DNA from: an uncultured Gemmatimonadales bacterium
Lineage (GTDB): Bacteria > Gemmatimonadota > Gemmatimonadetes > Longimicrobiales > Longimicrobiaceae
Assembly: GCA_963716255.1 (NCBI GenBank)
Contig: OY970303.1
Span: 3,424,001-3,488,000, forward strand
DNA length: 64,000 nucleotides
Direction: 5' to 3'
Part shown: positions 20,146 to 28,872 of the stretch, in pieces
How positions within the stretch are numbered: position 1 is the first letter of the stretch
Layout: each line of letters begins with the position of its first letter
The notes under the pieces: generated by a model
The model's database searches: none
Told to the model about the DNA's origin: nothing
The model's input: only the letters and a program-made list of their open reading frames with translations
Position numbers and translations under genes: made by a program

Positions 20146-20463
20146 GTGTCAACCCGGATCACAGAGGTGGCGATGCGGCGGGACGAAGCGCTGCGGATCC
20201 TGCGGGAGCACAGGGCGGAGCTGGACAGGATGGGAGTCCGCTCGCTGTCCTTGTTCGGCTCCGTCGCCAGGGATGAGGCCGGTCCAGCGAGCGACGTGGA
20301 CATCCTGGTGGAATTCACACCCCCCGTCGGGTTCTTTCACTTCGTTGGAGTAGAGGAGCAGCTGGAGGAGTGGCTGAAGTGCCGCGTCGATCTGGTCACC
20401 CCCGGCGGCCTGAAGCACCAGTTGCGCGACCGGATTCTCGCCGAAGCGATCCGTGCCGCCTAG
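20146..20463 (+). CDS. Minimal nucleotidyltransferase (MNT) antitoxin
   Basis: LFGSVARDEAGPASDVDILV, VDLVT; alternative ATG at 20173. Confidence 0.9.
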   Translation: MSTRITEVAMRRDEALRILREHRAELDRMGVRSLSLFGSVARDEAGPASDVDILVEFTPPVGFFHFVGVEEQLEEWLKCRVDLVTPGGLKHQLRDRILAEAIRAA

Positions 20464-20800
20464 AGGCTGGAGGCTGCGCCTCGAGGACATCCTCGATTCG
20501 ATCACGAAGATCGAGCGGTACATCTACGGCTTGTCGTTCGAAGAATTCTGTGTCGACGACAGAACGTTCGATGCTGTCGCCTGGAACTTCGGGATCATCG
20601 GTGAGGCTGCCCGCAATGTCCCGCCGGAGATCACCGGCCGATATCCCGAGATTCCGTGATCTCGCATGCGCGGGATGCGCAACTTCGTGGTGCACGAGTA
20701 TTTCGGTATGGATGCGGAGATCATCTGGGCGACGATCCACACGGATTTCCCGATGGTCGTCCCGCAGCTCCGGAGGATTCTGGAAGAAGAGCCATCGTAG
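20453..20800 (+). pseudogene. HEPN (DUF86) RNase toxin with an in-frame TGA at 20657-20659
   Basis: Reads ...IIGEAARNVP...YPEIP*SRMRGMRNFVVHEYF...; the stop replaces the family Trp of PEIPW; the RNxxxH motif lies after the stop. Confidence 0.85.
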
Positions 20801-20819
20801 ATCATCGCAACACCTCCCG

Positions 20820-21362
20820 ATGGACCCCTCCCTCGTCCGCGCCAGCAAGTTCCTGAGCCTGGTCCTGCGCCACCGGCCGGACCACATCGGGATCACGCTC
20901 GACTCCGCCGGCTGGGTGTCCGTGGACGAGCTGCTCGCGGCGGCGCGGCGGTCCGGCTTCCCGCTCGACCGGGCCACGCTGGAGCGCGTCGTCGCCGAGA
21001 ACGACAAGCGGCGCTTCGCCTTCAGCGCCGACGGGGAGCGCATCCGAGCCAGCCAGGGCCACTCGGTGGACGTGGACCTGGGGATCGCGGCGCAGGCGCC
21101 CCCGGACGAGCTCTTCCACGGCACCGCCACCCGCTTCCTGGAGTCCATCCGCCGTGAGGGGTTGAGGGCCGGCAGCCGCACCCACGTGCACCTCTCTCCC
21201 GACGAGGCCACGGCACGCGCCGTGGGGCGGCGGCACGGATCGCCCGTCGTGCTGCGGGTGGCCGCGGGCGACATGCACCGGGACGGGCTCGCGCTCGTCC
21301 GCTCCGAGAACGGCGTCTGGCTGGCCCGCGAGGTCCCCGTGCGCTACCTCGCCCTTCCGTAG
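20820..21362 (+). CDS. kptA: RNA 2'-phosphotransferase (KptA/Tpt1)
   Basis: SKFLSLVLRH, NDKRRF, IRASQGHS, FHGT, HVHLS, NGVWL. Confidence 0.93.
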   Translation: MDPSLVRASKFLSLVLRHRPDHIGITLDSAGWVSVDELLAAARRSGFPLDRATLERVVAENDKRRFAFSADGERIRASQGHSVDVDLGIAAQAPPDELFHGTATRFLESIRREGLRAGSRTHVHLSPDEATARAVGRRHGSPVVLRVAAGDMHRDGLALVRSENGVWLAREVPVRYLALP

Positions 21363-21447
21363 CCGCTCCGCCGGATCACGAACCTGCAACGACGAGCGGG
21401 GCGGCCCCTCCAGGGACCGCCCCGCTGCCGTCTCCCGGCGCCGCGGC

Positions 21448-22434
21448 TCAGGTGGAGGCGGCCGGACCGGCGTCGTCCCCGGCGGCCTTCCGGCGGCGGC
21501 GCCGGGCCGCGCCCAGCCCCAGCAGCCCCGACCCCAGCAGGACCATGCTGGCGGGCTCGGGGGTGGCGGTGACCGGCGGCTCCTGGGGGGGAAGCGCGCC
21601 CGCGAACGCCTGCGCGTAGAACTCGGTGTTCCCCCGGCCGCCCCTGGCCACGAAGTCGCCCACGAACTGCGCGTACGGCATGGTGAAGGTGGCGTTCGGG
21701 GCAAGGACGCTCCCCACCATGGACCCGCGGAAGAGCAGGTCCGTGGAGTTGTAGTAGTTCCAGAGCACGCGCCCCGCCATGGCCGTGGTGGAGGCGCCGT
21801 TCGCGCCCGCGCCGTTGATGAAGATGCCGCAGTTGGTGGTCTGCGCCGATGCGCCGCTCACGTTGATGATCGCCGTCGCCGTGGTGGGGATGTTGACGTT
21901 CACCGTGCACGCGCCATTGAAGTCGGACGCCATCACGTTGAAGATGTTCAGCCCCGCGCCGGTCCCGGTGAAGGTCCAGCTTCCGTAGCTGCTGGCCACC
22001 GAAGCCCCGGCCGACGTGCCCAGGCTCCCCAGCGCCGTGGCCAGGGTGGTGTAGTAGCTCCGCTGCGACGCGAAGTCCACCGGCGATCCCCCGCCCACCG
22101 TGGTGGCCCCGTGCGGGGTGGTGGGGGTGGTGCCGGACAGCGCGCCGGCGTACGCGTCGCCATGGAACACCTGCCAGCCGCCCGGCACGGTGAGGGTGCC
22201 GCCCACCACCAGGTTGTACTGGTCGTCGGCCGCGGAGGTGAGCGAGGCGCCCACCCCGTAGTTCTGCAGCCGCGCGTCGCCGCCCACCGCGAGACGGCCG
22301 TTGGTCTCGGTGTTCTCGCTGAGAAACTGCTCGAAGATCATCACGTTGTACCCGGCCGACCCGCCGACCTGGGCGCGGGCCACGGACGCCGGGAGGGCAA
22401 GTACCGCCATGAGGAACCAGACACGTGCGCGCAT
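21448..22434 (-). CDS. Choice-of-anchor A domain protein with PEP-CTERM sorting signal
   Basis: Signal peptide; GRLAVGGDA, VLWNY, GSVLAPNA; C-terminal [26 protein letters not shown]. Confidence 0.85.
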   Translation of the reverse strand: MRARVWFLMAVLALPASVARAQVGGSAGYNVMIFEQFLSENTETNGRLAVGGDARLQNYGVGASLTSAADDQYNLVVGGTLTVPGGWQVFHGDAYAGALSGTTPTTPHGATTVGGGSPVDFASQRSYYTTLATALGSLGTSAGASVASSYGSWTFTGTGAGLNIFNVMASDFNGACTVNVNIPTTATAIINVSGASAQTTNCGIFINGAGANGASTTAMAGRVLWNYYNSTDLLFRGSMVGSVLAPNATFTMPYAQFVGDFVARGGRGNTEFYAQAFAGALPPQEPPVTATPEPASMVLLGSGLLGLGAARRRRRKAAGDDAGPAAST

Positions 22435-22694
22435 CTGCTCTGCCGCGTTGAAGGGGTGCCAGTTGGAGAGTGGTGCACCCGTCCCGGTTCTCAAGACGCG
22501 CACCGGCGGCGCTCCCCGGGCTTCCCGTCCACCGCGGACCGCGGGCATGTGAAAAAGCCACAGCAGGATGGAAAGAAACGGCGGGGAGGCGCGGCGCCAC
22601 CCGGCGCCCGGACGGCCGGCTCCGGGAAGTCTCGCGGAAGCCGCAGCTGTGGAGCGCGTGCAACGGCCGCATCGCGTGGCCCGCCGGACGGGCG

Positions 22695-22735
22695 AAAAAA
22701 GCGGGGGCGCCGGACATCGATCCGGCGCCCCCGCT
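22695..22735 (-). terminator. Intrinsic terminator downstream of plsC
   Basis: GC-rich 14-bp stem followed by a T6 run on the minus strand. Confidence 0.8.
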
Positions 22736-22768
22736 GCGCATCCGTACTCCCGTGGCCCCGCGCGATCC

Positions 22769-23533
22769 CTAGCGCGGGCGGAGCGGCCGCTCCTCCGTTT
22801 CCAGCTCGCGGAACAGGCGGTCGCGCGTCTCCTGGATCATGGCGCTCACGCGGTCGCGCAGCGCGGCCACGTCGGCGAGCGTCAGCCCCTCCGTGGAGAT
22901 GGGCTCCAGCACCCGCACCTCCGCGGTCGCCCTCCCGAAGAGCATGGAGCCCTTGGGGAGCGCGTTTCGCGTCCCGGCCACCGCCAGGGGGAGGATGGGG
23001 ACGCCCGTCTCGATCGCCAGGCGGAAGGCGCCGTCCTTGAAGGGCAGCATCTCCCGCGTGCGCGAGCGCGTCCCCTCCGGGAAGATCATCACCGACACCC
23101 TCTTCGCCAGGCGGTCGCGGCACTCCTCCAGCGCCTCCGCGCGGCTCGCCCGCTCTCCGCGCCGCACGGGGATGTCGCCCGCCATGCGCATCATCCACCC
23201 CATGAAGGGGAGCCTGAAGATGGACTCCTTGGAGAGCCACTTCATCTCCCAGGGGAGGTGCGAGATGAGGAAGATGTCCGCCATGGACTCGTGGTTGGAC
23301 ACGGCCACGTACGGACGCCGCGGGTCGCGCACCCGGAAGCCCGAGGTGCGGAACCGCCAGAGCGGGTTCAGGGCGACGGCCGTCACGGCGGCCCTGCGGA
23401 ACCAGCGTCCCGCCACGTAACGCCCGGGATCGAAGGGCGCGGTGGCCAGCCAGACCAGCGCGAGCCACGGGACCCACAGCATGGCGACCAGCGAGTTGGT
23501 GATCCAGATCCAGGAAGAGACCAGGTAGCGCAT
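22769..23533 (-). CDS. plsC: 1-acyl-sn-glycerol-3-phosphate acyltransferase
   Basis: SNHESMAD (HX4D), FPEGTRS, FKDGAF. Confidence 0.9.
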   Translation of the reverse strand: MRYLVSSWIWITNSLVAMLWVPWLALVWLATAPFDPGRYVAGRWFRRAAVTAVALNPLWRFRTSGFRVRDPRRPYVAVSNHESMADIFLISHLPWEMKWLSKESIFRLPFMGWMMRMAGDIPVRRGERASRAEALEECRDRLAKRVSVMIFPEGTRSRTREMLPFKDGAFRLAIETGVPILPLAVAGTRNALPKGSMLFGRATAEVRVLEPISTEGLTLADVAALRDRVSAMIQETRDRLFRELETEERPLRPR

Positions 23534-23589
23534 GCCCTAAAAATGGAACAACCCGGGCCGGCGCGCTACCGCTGGACCGTGCCTGGTGC

Positions 23590-23769
23590 AGGGCTGCTCA
23601 AAACGGATGCAGATCAAGGCGCGCGAGGAGGGGCGACCGAGGCGTACTTCACGTACGCCGCAGGGCATCTCCAGACTGAGCACGCGCAGCGTGCGAAGAA
23701 CCCCGACGAGCAGCGTGACCGAAGGAAACCGAAGTTTCCACGCAGAGCTGCACCGTTTTCAGCAGCCCT
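23590..23769. mobile_element. MITE-like element with about 21-bp imperfect terminal inverted repeats
   Basis: AGGGCTGCTCAAAACGGATGCAG ... CTGCACCGTTTTCAGCAGCCCT; internal hairpin GGCGTAC-TTCAC-GTACGCC; no transposase. Confidence 0.65.
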
Positions 23770-24166
23770 TGGCGCAGGCGGCACAGCACTTGGTCTCGGG
23801 GAAGATGGCGAGGCGCTCGAAGGGGATGGGGCCGCTGCACGCGGTGCAGGCGCCGTAGTGCCCCTCCTCGATGCGCCGCAGGGCGTCGAGGATGCTGGCG
23901 AGCTGCGCGCGCTCCCGGTCCTGGAGGCTCTGCGCGAGCCCCTGGTTCTGGATGGCGTCGATGCGGGACAGGCGGCCCACCGTGTCCTGCTCCAGCTCCT
24001 TCAGGGGGGCGGCCGCGCCGCTGATCTTCATGCTGCGCTCCAGGCGCGTCAGGGTGCGCAGGAGGTCGTCGCGGATCTCGCCGATCTGGGCCGGCGAGAG
24101 GGGGGATCGTGCTGCGATCATGGCTTGCTGCTGTTGCTGCGTGAGGGGGCTAGCGAGTGGCGACAC
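23759..24166 (-). CDS. TraR/DksA C4 zinc-finger protein
   Basis: VGRLSRIDA, ALRRIEEGHYGACTAC...IPFERL...CAAC; start uncertain (alternative 24121). Confidence 0.88.
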   Translation of the reverse strand: MSPLASPLTQQQQQAMIAARSPLSPAQIGEIRDDLLRTLTRLERSMKISGAAAPLKELEQDTVGRLSRIDAIQNQGLAQSLQDRERAQLASILDALRRIEEGHYGACTACSGPIPFERLAIFPETKCCAACAKGC

Positions 24167-25433
24167 GGTCCAGGGCGATTCCCCAGGTGGCGCCGAGTAG
24201 GCCGGTGGGACGTCCGCCGACGCGCTCCAGGACCTCCCGGAGCACCGCGGCGATGGTGTGGTCGACGGCGCGGAAGACGGGCTCGGTGGCGGGATCCGCC
24301 CCCTCCTCCATCAGGTAGCTGTACGCGCGCGCCATCCCGCAGTTGGCGATCACGTCGGGGATCACGGTGAAGCGCCGGTCGGCCGCGCGCTGCACGCGGG
24401 TGGCGCCCAGCGCCGCCTCGCGGAAGGGCTGGTTGGCCCCGCAGGCGATCATCCGCACCCCCTGCGCGGCGAGCCGCCCCAGCGCTTCCTCGTCCAGCGA
24501 GCCGGAAACGGCGGCGGCCACGAACACGTCCGCGGGCACCTCGCCGAAGCGGGAGCGGTCCGGGGTGCAGCGGGGATCGGCGGCGGGGAGCAGCTTGTCG
24601 TCGTCGCGGCCGCGGAGCAGCGCCTCCACCTCCTCCGCCCCCATCCCCTCCGGAGCGAGGAGCGCCCGGTCGCGGTCGGTGATCCCCACCACCAGCGCCC
24701 CTTCCTGCGCCAGGTACAGCGCGCAGGGGGCGCCCACCGCCCCGAAGCCCTCCACCAGCACGCGGGCGCCGCGGATGGGGCGGCCCTGCTGCTCGTAGGC
24801 GTGGATGATGGAGCGCGCCACCCCGTACCCGGTCACCAGGTCCGCAAGCGGAAGCGGCATCCCCGGGAGCCCCAGCTCGCCGCCGACCGGCGTCGCCAGC
24901 CCGCGGTCCAGCGTGGCCAGGACCCCGCCCACCGCGTCCGGGGCGGCGGCGGCGTGGCCGCGCACGATCCCCTCCTGCGGGTGGCGGATCCCCAGCTCGG
25001 CCAGGCAGGGGACGACGTCGCGCACCTGGTCCACGTTGAGGTCGCCGCCGGTGCCGTAGCACTGGCGCAGGTACGGAGCGACGGCGGCGAACCAGCGGCG
25101 GAGGACCCCGTCGCGGCGCGGGTCCCTGGGGTCGAAGTCGATCCCGGACTTGGCCCCGCCGATGGGAGGTCCGGCGAAGGCGAACTTCAGCTCCATCGTC
25201 TTCGCCAGGTACGTCACCTCGCGGCGCGTGAGCCCCGGGCGCATGCGGGTGCCGCCGCCCGCGGCCCCGCCGCGGAGCGAGTTGACGACCAGCCAGCCGC
25301 GCGCCGGGGTCTCGTCGTCGGCCCACTCCACCACCAGCAGCGGAGGGCGGCGCAGGTACTCGCCGTAGCGGCTCCAGGCGGCCCCGGACGAGGCGCGGGA
25401 CGTCGGGGAAGATGCGGCGACGGCTGCGTTCAT
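24150..25433 (-). CDS. Glu/Leu/Phe/Val dehydrogenase family protein
   Basis: GGGTRM, KTMELK, GGAKSG, TGYGV, EGFGAVG, CGAN. Confidence 0.9.
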   Translation of the reverse strand: MNAAVAASSPTSRASSGAAWSRYGEYLRRPPLLVVEWADDETPARGWLVVNSLRGGAAGGGTRMRPGLTRREVTYLAKTMELKFAFAGPPIGGAKSGIDFDPRDPRRDGVLRRWFAAVAPYLRQCYGTGGDLNVDQVRDVVPCLAELGIRHPQEGIVRGHAAAAPDAVGGVLATLDRGLATPVGGELGLPGMPLPLADLVTGYGVARSIIHAYEQQGRPIRGARVLVEGFGAVGAPCALYLAQEGALVVGITDRDRALLAPEGMGAEEVEALLRGRDDDKLLPAADPRCTPDRSRFGEVPADVFVAAAVSGSLDEEALGRLAAQGVRMIACGANQPFREAALGATRVQRAADRRFTVIPDVIANCGMARAYSYLMEEGADPATEPVFRAVDHTIAAVLREVLERVGGRPTGLLGATWGIALDRVATR

Positions 25434-25480
25434 CTCTGCGGCACTCGCGTAGACGGGGGGCGACGGACGGACGTCACCGC

Positions 25481-25798
25481 TCAGATCGGTTCCAGGAAGA
25501 CGTCGAACACCCCGCCGCACACGGCGGGGCTCCAGGAAAGCAGGTCCTCGGTGAGATCCACTCGGACCAGGCGCGCGGTCCGCGTGCGCACCACCTCGCG
25601 CGCGGCCTCGATCACGGCGGCCTCGCCGCACCCCCCGCCCACCGTGCCCGTGAGCCCGCGCTCCGGGTCCACCAGCATCTTGCTCCCCACCCCGCGCGGG
25701 GTGGAGCCCCTGCAGCGCACGATGGTGGCCAGCACGACCGGGCGTCCTTCCCGCGCCGCCTCGCCGGCGGCGTCGAACACGGCTTCGCTCTCGGTCAT
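25481..25798 (-). CDS. XdhC/CoxI-family small protein (N-terminal domain only)
   Basis: GSTPRGVGSKM, GTVGGGCGE, CGG; ATG overlaps the upstream TGA. Confidence 0.88.
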   Translation of the reverse strand: MTESEAVFDAAGEAAREGRPVVLATIVRCRGSTPRGVGSKMLVDPERGLTGTVGGGCGEAAVIEAAREVVRTRTARLVRVDLTEDLLSWSPAVCGGVFDVFLEPI

Positions 25799-26835
25799 GC
25801 GCCTTTCAGCCGGGGCAGGGGATCGTCGGGGAGCGAATCGGCGATGGCGGCGATCTCCTCGGCGTCGCGCCAGGCGGCCTCCAGCGCGGCCAGCTCGCCC
25901 TGCAGCGCGCGCCGCTCCGTCTCCTCGTGCAGTGCCATCTCCAGGGCCAGGGCCTTCGCCGGAGCGAGCCCACCCAGTCGCTGGCTGCCCCCCGGCTCCG
26001 CCGAGCCCTCCTCCACGAGCGACCGCGCGTACTCCACGCCGGAGCCCCGGCTGGCGAGCAGGTCGGTGGCGTGCCCCAGCAGGGTGGGAGACGCCCCCTT
26101 CCGGTTGATGCGCACCATCGCGCGCCCCACCATCAGCCGCGCCTCCACACCCCTGAGGGCGAGCGGATCGGTCCGGATGTAGGCCGCCCGCCCGCCGTCG
26201 AAGACCCGCCAGGTCAGCCGCTCCGCCAGCGGAATGCGGACCTCGATCTCGTCCGGGGCGGAGGCGGCGGTCAGGTACGCCTGTTCGAGGTGCTTGTGGA
26301 GCACCTGCACTTCTTCGCTGTCGCCGTCGGCTGCCCTGCGGTAGACCACCCGGTTGTCCCGTCGCCGGCGCCAGAGCGACGACCCCAGGCTGTACATCTG
26401 CCAGGCGCCTCCGAGGCTCAGGGCGGTCAGCGCGACGCCGCCGCCGAGCGCGAGGGTGGCGGCGGATATTCCCGCGACGGTCGCCGCCAGGTGATACCGC
26501 CTCCGGCGCACCAGCTGCTCCCCGTATCGCCACGCGGCCAGCTCGCCCGGCAATGCCTGGCCGATGCGGATCAGCCGCGTGCCGTCCGGGAGCTTCGCCA
26601 GGCCCACGTTCTCGGACTGGGCCCGCAGGCGGGCGTCGCGGAAGCGCTTTTCCGCGTCCTCCACCGCCTCCCAGCGCTCCTCGATGGGGGCCAGGTTCCA
26701 CCGCGCGCACCGGGGGCAGACGGCCCACAGCCGCCCCCGCGCCGCGTCGAACGCCAGGCTCTTCCCCACCGGGAAGGCCTCGATGGCCTCGTTGGTCCCC
26801 AGGGCGGCCGAGCAGAAGATGCAGGCGCGGTACAC
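25795..26835 (-). CDS. Hypothetical Zn-finger membrane protein, paralog B
   Basis: CIFC...CPRCARWNL; central hydrophobic segment; C-terminal LEMALHEETERRALQGEL; GTG start 2 nt after the paralog A stop. Confidence 0.8.
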   Translation of the reverse strand: MYRACIFCSAALGTNEAIEAFPVGKSLAFDAARGRLWAVCPRCARWNLAPIEERWEAVEDAEKRFRDARLRAQSENVGLAKLPDGTRLIRIGQALPGELAAWRYGEQLVRRRRYHLAATVAGISAATLALGGGVALTALSLGGAWQMYSLGSSLWRRRRDNRVVYRRAADGDSEEVQVLHKHLEQAYLTAASAPDEIEVRIPLAERLTWRVFDGGRAAYIRTDPLALRGVEARLMVGRAMVRINRKGASPTLLGHATDLLASRGSGVEYARSLVEEGSAEPGGSQRLGGLAPAKALALEMALHEETERRALQGELAALEAAWRDAEEIAAIADSLPDDPLPRLKGA

Positions 26836-26837
26836 GG

Positions 26838-27986
26838 CTACTCCCGAGCGGACCCGCCCAGCCGCGCCCGCAGCCGCCCGACCGGATCGTCCGGGAGCGA
26901 GTCGGCGATGGCGGCGATCTCCTCGGCGTCGCGCCAGGCTGCCTCCAGCGCGGCCAGCTCGCCCTGCAGCGCGCGACGCTCCGTCTCCTCGTGCAGCGCC
27001 ATCTCCAGCGCCAGCGACTCGGGCCGCGCGAGCTTGCCGCGGGTCTGCTGCACCTCCACCGGCATCACGTCGCCGCGCAGCCGCCCCAGGACCCGGCGCC
27101 GGCCGCGCCGCCGTCCGAAGTTGGCGACCCGCCGCAGCGGGAGCCCCGCCTCGCGCGCCGCCACGGAGCGCAGGTAGTCCTCCGCGCTGGGCTCGCGGGC
27201 GAGGAGCTCCAGCGCGCGCTCCACGTCGCGGCGCGAGGCGCCGCGGGCGTTGGCGTCCACCATCACCCGCGACAGCACCGTGCGGGCCGCGGGCCCGGTG
27301 ACCGTCATCCCCGGCATGGACCAGACGGCGCGCCCCCCCACCGTGCGCTCCGGCTCGCTCTCCAGCGCGTTGGGAAGGTGGAGCGCCACGTCGCCCTCCC
27401 CGTCCACCACCTGGGCCCCGTTCACCTGCCAGCGCCGCAGCTCCAGCGGCGCGCCGGTGGGGGAGTCGTCCGCCCCGAAGCGGTGCACCACGCGCTGCGC
27501 GCGCTTCCGCTGGTAGAGCAGGTTCCCCACGTTGAGCAGCGGCTGCATCCCCGAAACGGAGATCCCCGCGACGGCAAGGAGCGAGGGGACGCCGAAGACC
27601 AGCGCGCCCGCCGCCACGGTCACGCCCGCGGTGACCAGGAGGTAGCGGTTCCGCCGGCTGACGAGCTGCCCGCCGTAGCGCCACGCCGCCATCTCGCCGG
27701 GGAGCGCCTCCCCGATGCGCACCAGCCGCGTGCCGTCCCGGAGCTTGGCGAGCCCCACGTTCTCGGACTGGGCGCGCAGGCGGGAGTCGCGGAAGTGCTT
27801 TTCCGCAGCTTCCACCGCCTCCCAGCGCTCCTCGATGGGCGCCAGGTTCCACCGCGCGCACTTGGGGCAGACGGCCCACAGCCGCCCCTTCCACGCGTCG
27901 AAGGCGATGCTGCGGCCGACGGGGAACTCCTCGATGGAGTCGTTGCTCCCCAGGTCGGCGGAGCAGAAGAGGCACGTCCTGTACAT
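26838..27986 (-). CDS. Hypothetical Zn-finger membrane protein, paralog A
   Basis: CLFC...CPKCARWNL; same N- and C-terminal blocks as paralog B. Confidence 0.82.
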   Translation of the reverse strand: MYRTCLFCSADLGSNDSIEEFPVGRSIAFDAWKGRLWAVCPKCARWNLAPIEERWEAVEAAEKHFRDSRLRAQSENVGLAKLRDGTRLVRIGEALPGEMAAWRYGGQLVSRRNRYLLVTAGVTVAAGALVFGVPSLLAVAGISVSGMQPLLNVGNLLYQRKRAQRVVHRFGADDSPTGAPLELRRWQVNGAQVVDGEGDVALHLPNALESEPERTVGGRAVWSMPGMTVTGPAARTVLSRVMVDANARGASRRDVERALELLAREPSAEDYLRSVAAREAGLPLRRVANFGRRRGRRRVLGRLRGDVMPVEVQQTRGKLARPESLALEMALHEETERRALQGELAALEAAWRDAEEIAAIADSLPDDPVGRLRARLGGSARE

Positions 27987-28029
27987 GGCACCCGGTCCTG
28001 CAAGGGGGATCGTCGGAACTCCCCGCTCC

Positions 28030-28872
28030 CTACGATGTCCCGGCCTCCGGAGTGTCGGAGAACCACCGCTCCATCACCCGCTCGCGCTCGCGCAGGGAAA
28101 CGCCCGTCCCCCCGCGGCGCACCCGGACGATCTCCGCGGCGATGGCGACGGCGATCTCCTCCGGCGTTTCCGCGCCGATGTCCAGCCCGATGGGGGCGTG
28201 GACGCGGAGCAGCCGCTCCCGGGGAATTCCCTCGCGCACCAGCTGCTCCAGCGCGGCCCGGACGCGGCGGCGGCTCCCCACCATCCCCACGTACGCGGGG
28301 AGCGCGCCCCCCAGCAGCAGCCGGCGGAGCGCCTCGTAGTCGTAGCGGTGGCCGCGCGTCACCAGCACCAGGTGCGTGTCCGGCCCCACCGGGAGGTCCC
28401 GGAAGGGGTCGGCGAAGTCGGCGCGGCGCACCTCCTCGGCTTCCGGGAAGCGCTCGCGGGTGGCGAACTCCGGGCGGTCGTCCAGCACCCGCACGCGAAA
28501 GCCGAGCATCGCGCCGATGCGGCAGAGCGGCCGGGCGATGTGCCCCGCACCCACGATCACCAGCTCGGGGGGCGGGCGATGCGCCTCCAGGTACAGGGTG
28601 CAGCGTCCGCACTCCGTTTCCACCGTGCGCGGTCCGTCACGCGCCTCGCCCCTCAGCAGCGCGCCCGCCAGCTCCGCGGCCCGCGCGTCCAGCGCCGGCT
28701 CGCCCAGCGAGCCGGCGCTGCGGTCCTCCCACACCAGCAGCCGGGCCCCCAGCGCGGGTCCCCCGCCGGTGGTTTCCACGACGGCCGCCGTCACCACCGG
28801 GGGGCCCTGCCGCAGCGCCTCCAGGGCGGCGCGCGCCGCCGCGGCGGCGGAGACGTCCTCAGCCGGGGCCAC
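28030..28872 (-). CDS. xdhC: XdhC family protein with Rossmann domain
   Basis: IVGAGHIA, DDRPEFA, VTRGHRYD, YVGMVGSRRR, APIGLDIGAETPEEIAVAIAAE. Confidence 0.88.
   Translation of the reverse strand: MAPAEDVSAAAAARAALEALRQGPPVVTAAVVETTGGGPALGARLLVWEDRSAGSLGEPALDARAAELAGALLRGEARDGPRTVETECGRCTLYLEAHRPPPELVIVGAGHIARPLCRIGAMLGFRVRVLDDRPEFATRERFPEAEEVRRADFADPFRDLPVGPDTHLVLVTRGHRYDYEALRRLLLGGALPAYVGMVGSRRRVRAALEQLVREGIPRERLLRVHAPIGLDIGAETPEEIAVAIAAEIVRVRRGGTGVSLRERERVMERWFSDTPEAGTS

Noticed and set aside
20657..20659. Genome-wide TGA-to-Trp recoding or selenocysteine
   Set aside because: TGA is the normal stop for many genes here, Trp is TGG elsewhere, and the site is a Trp position rather than a Cys position.
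22440..22475. Sigma54 promoter (TGGCAC) upstream of the PEP-CTERM gene
   Set aside because: There is no GC at the -12 position, so GG-N10-GC is not satisfied.
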